Part shown: piece by piece, positions 62,014 through 64,000 of the stretch
Numbering within the stretch: position 1 is the stretch's first letter
Layout: every line of letters starts with the position of its first letter
From: an uncultured Leptospiraceae bacterium
GTDB lineage: Bacteria > Spirochaetota > UBA4802 > JAGODF01
Assembly: GCA_964627815.1 (NCBI GenBank)
Contig: CAZVKE010000008.1
Location: 182,116 to 246,115 of the forward strand
Direction: 5' to 3'
DNA: 64,000 nucleotides
Program-made: the position numbers and the translations under genes
Notes under the pieces: model-generated
Seen by the model: only the letters and a program-made list of their open reading frames with translations
Database searches by the model: none
Told to the model about the DNA's origin: nothing

Positions 62014-63360
62014 TTGTTTTTTTCGCAGGACCTTTCGTTTTATATCATCTCGCTTGGCTGTTCAAAAAACCTCGTCGATTCCGAGTATCTCAACGGAGCG
62101 CTTGTTTCGGCGGGGTTCCACCCGGCCGAATCCGGCGAAGACGCCGATATCATCATCGTCAACACCTGCGGTTTTATCGAGGACGCGAAGAAGGAGTCGA
62201 TCGACGTAATCTTCGATGTCCTCTCGCGGACCGCGGACGTATCCGGAGGGACGAAGGTTCCTGCCGCCCGCGGCGCTTCCGGCTTTACGAAAAAATCAGT
62301 GGCGCTCGGTTGCCTCGTATCCCGCTACGCCGGGGAAATAAAAAAGGAGATCCCGGAGATCGATTTTCTGTATGGCCTTGTCGATGAGGGGTTCGTCCCC
62401 GCCCTCTGCCGCGCGCTCGACATATCACCCGGCCGGCGCATCGGCTTTGAAAGAAGGCCTCTCGACGCCGGCGCGCCGTTCTCTTACATCAAGATCGCCG
62501 ACGGCTGTTCCAACCGGTGCAGCTACTGCGCCATTCCGCTGATCAGGGGGCCGCAGCGCTCCTTCGCGCCGGAGGCGATCATCGCCGACGCGGAAAGGGC
62601 CGTCCGGGCTGGCGCGCGCGAGCTCATAATCGTCGCGCAGGACATCGCCTCCTACTGCCACAGAACCGTTGACCTTCCGGAGCTCGTAAACGGCATCAGC
62701 CGGATAGAAGGCGTCGAATGGATACGGCTCATGTACTGCCATCCCGACCATATATCCGACAGCCTGATAGAGCTTCTGCGCCGCAACGATCGCGTGGTGA
62801 AATACCTGGACATCCCGTTCCAGCACGCAAGCGGGAGGATACTTCGCTCGATGAACCGGAAGGGCGACCGCGCCTCGTACACCGCGCTTGTCGAAAAGCT
62901 TCGCGACCGCGTGCCGGGGATACATATCCGCTCGACCTTCCTTGTCGGATTTCCCGGAGAGACCGAGGAGGATTTCCATGAGCTTGCCGGTTTTCTGAAA
63001 GATGTCAGGCTTGAGCGCGTCGGCTGTTTCGCCTATTCCCCCGAGGAGAACACTCCCGCCGCATCCCTCGGCGATGCGCTGCCGGCCAGGACGAAAAGAA
63101 AGCGCTACAACGCGGTGATGACCCTCCAGAAGAAGATATCGACCGGGCGGCTGCGCGAAATGGTAGGCTCGACGGTAAGGGTGCTTGTGGAAGAGAAGGT
63201 CGACGCGGACACATGGGCGGGGCGCACCGAGTTCGACGCGCCTGAAGTGGACGGTATTTTTTACTTGACCGCCCATAACGTCTCTGTTAATACCATCGTC
63301 AACGCTCTGATCACCGATGCCGTCGAATACGACCTGGTTGGCGTACTGGCCGGCCGATGA
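62014..63360 (+). CDS. rimO: Ribosomal protein S12 methylthiotransferase RimO
   Basis: 448 aa. MTTase N-domain (IISLGCSKNLVDSE, IIVNTCGFI), radical-SAM CSNRCSYC, and a C-terminal TRAM. TTG start. Confidence 0.9.
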   Translation: MFFSQDLSFYIISLGCSKNLVDSEYLNGALVSAGFHPAESGEDADIIIVNTCGFIEDAKKESIDVIFDVLSRTADVSGGTKVPAARGASGFTKKSVALGCLVSRYAGEIKKEIPEIDFLYGLVDEGFVPALCRALDISPGRRIGFERRPLDAGAPFSYIKIADGCSNRCSYCAIPLIRGPQRSFAPEAIIADAERAVRAGARELIIVAQDIASYCHRTVDLPELVNGISRIEGVEWIRLMYCHPDHISDSLIELLRRNDRVVKYLDIPFQHASGRILRSMNRKGDRASYTALVEKLRDRVPGIHIRSTFLVGFPGETEEDFHELAGFLKDVRLERVGCFAYSPEENTPAASLGDALPARTKRKRYNAVMTLQKKISTGRLREMVGSTVRVLVEEKVDADTWAGRTEFDAPEVDGIFYLTAHNVSVNTIVNALITDAVEYDLVGVLAGR

Positions 63361-63444
63361 CCGGGGCCCGGTCCCGCTTCAAGCGGGAACGCGGGCGCGC
63401 CGGGGTGGTATATCGGGCGTATCTTCTCTTCCCGGGGGACGGAT

Positions 63445-64000
63445 TTGTTCAATATACCAAACATGCTTTCGGTGCTGCGGATCATCCTTATCCCCCTGTT
63501 TATCTATCTGATTGCCCGCAGGACGAGTGGCGCGATCATCTGGGGCATGGTTGTGTTTTCGATCGCCTCGCTTACCGACCTTCTCGACGGATGGAGCGCG
63601 CGCAAGCTCAAGCAGGAGACCGACGTCGGGCGTTTTCTCGACCCGCTGGCGGACAAGTTCCTGGTCATTTCGACCTTCATCGCGTTTCTCTACCTCGATC
63701 CGCTCATTCCGTTCTGGATGATTGTGGTCATCATCGCGCGCGACCTGCTCATCACCCTGATGCGCTCCCTTGCGCTGAAAAAAGGGATGACGCTCCGCAC
63801 GAGCAGGTTCGGCAAGGTGAAAACGGCCTTCCAGATGGTTTCCATCCTTCTTATCCTCATGGTGTTTTACGTGCGCCACACCGGCGTCACTGTCGTGCAT
63901 AACTATGAGACGGACGGATATATGAAATTCGATCTCATATACCGCATACTGTTATCGGACGATCCGAACAAATACCTTGTCGTAACCCCGTATTTCCTGA
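63445..64000 (+). CDS. pgsA: CDP-diacylglycerol--glycerol-3-phosphate 3-phosphatidyltransferase, C-terminus cut by window edge
   Basis: Not in the ORF track (open at edge). Frame reads (L/M)FNIPNMLSVLRIILIPLF... with the complete CDP-alcohol motif DLLDGWSARKLKQETDVGRFLDPLAD. TTG at 63445 follows GGGGGA; the alternative ATG is at 63463. Confidence 0.85.
   Translation, partial: MFNIPNMLSVLRIILIPLFIYLIARRTSGAIIWGMVVFSIASLTDLLDGWSARKLKQETDVGRFLDPLADKFLVISTFIAFLYLDPLIPFWMIVVIIARDLLITLMRSLALKKGMTLRTSRFGKVKTAFQMVSILLILMVFYVRHTGVTVVHNYETDGYMKFDLIYRILLSDDPNKYLVVTPYFL

Overview
The window is dense chromosomal DNA with about 60 protein genes and one tRNA. I saw no rRNA, CRISPR array, transposase, integrase or phage genes. 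All calls come from reading the ORF-track proteins and the DNA by eye for family motifs; no database search was run.

Lineage markers point to a spirochete-like bacterium. These are two tandem FlaA flagellar-sheath paralogs, a 901-aa GreA with a long N-terminal extension, and several STAS partner-switching proteins.

Most of the window is housekeeping:
- Central metabolism and cofactors: gap-tpiA-secG, ferredoxin, metK, ribD-ribE, glnA, lysA, mqnD-mqnB.
- Envelope and secretion: bamA-skp-Ldt, yajC-secD-secF, a LolA-like protein, a RodZ-like protein, rimO, pgsA.

The unusual part is an 11-gene minus-strand chemosensory operon (641..12971): mcp-mcp-cheA-X593-STAS-cheY-cheW-cheD-cheR-cheD-cheB. 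Four features set it apart:
- CheA carries what reads as a complete 53-residue MshEN-type c-di-GMP-binding module where P2 normally lies.
- A 593-aa soluble coiled-coil protein (X593) has two degenerate MCP-hairpin-like segments.
- A short STAS protein lacks the canonical phosphorylatable serine.
- There are two CheD paralogs and no CheC/CheX/CheZ-type phosphatase.

This operon is my best candidate for an undescribed system: a second-messenger-gated chemosensory pathway with a non-canonical scaffold or output. Secondary observations include:
- a 42-codon ORF with a strong Shine-Dalgarno (SD) sequence, stop-start coupled to glnA;
- a 46-aa zinc-ribbon mini-ORF;
- a sigma28-like element with flanking direct repeats upstream of flaA;
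- an ArsR gene overlapping an Omp85-family gene;
- a GHKL-like protein with a degenerate G1 box.
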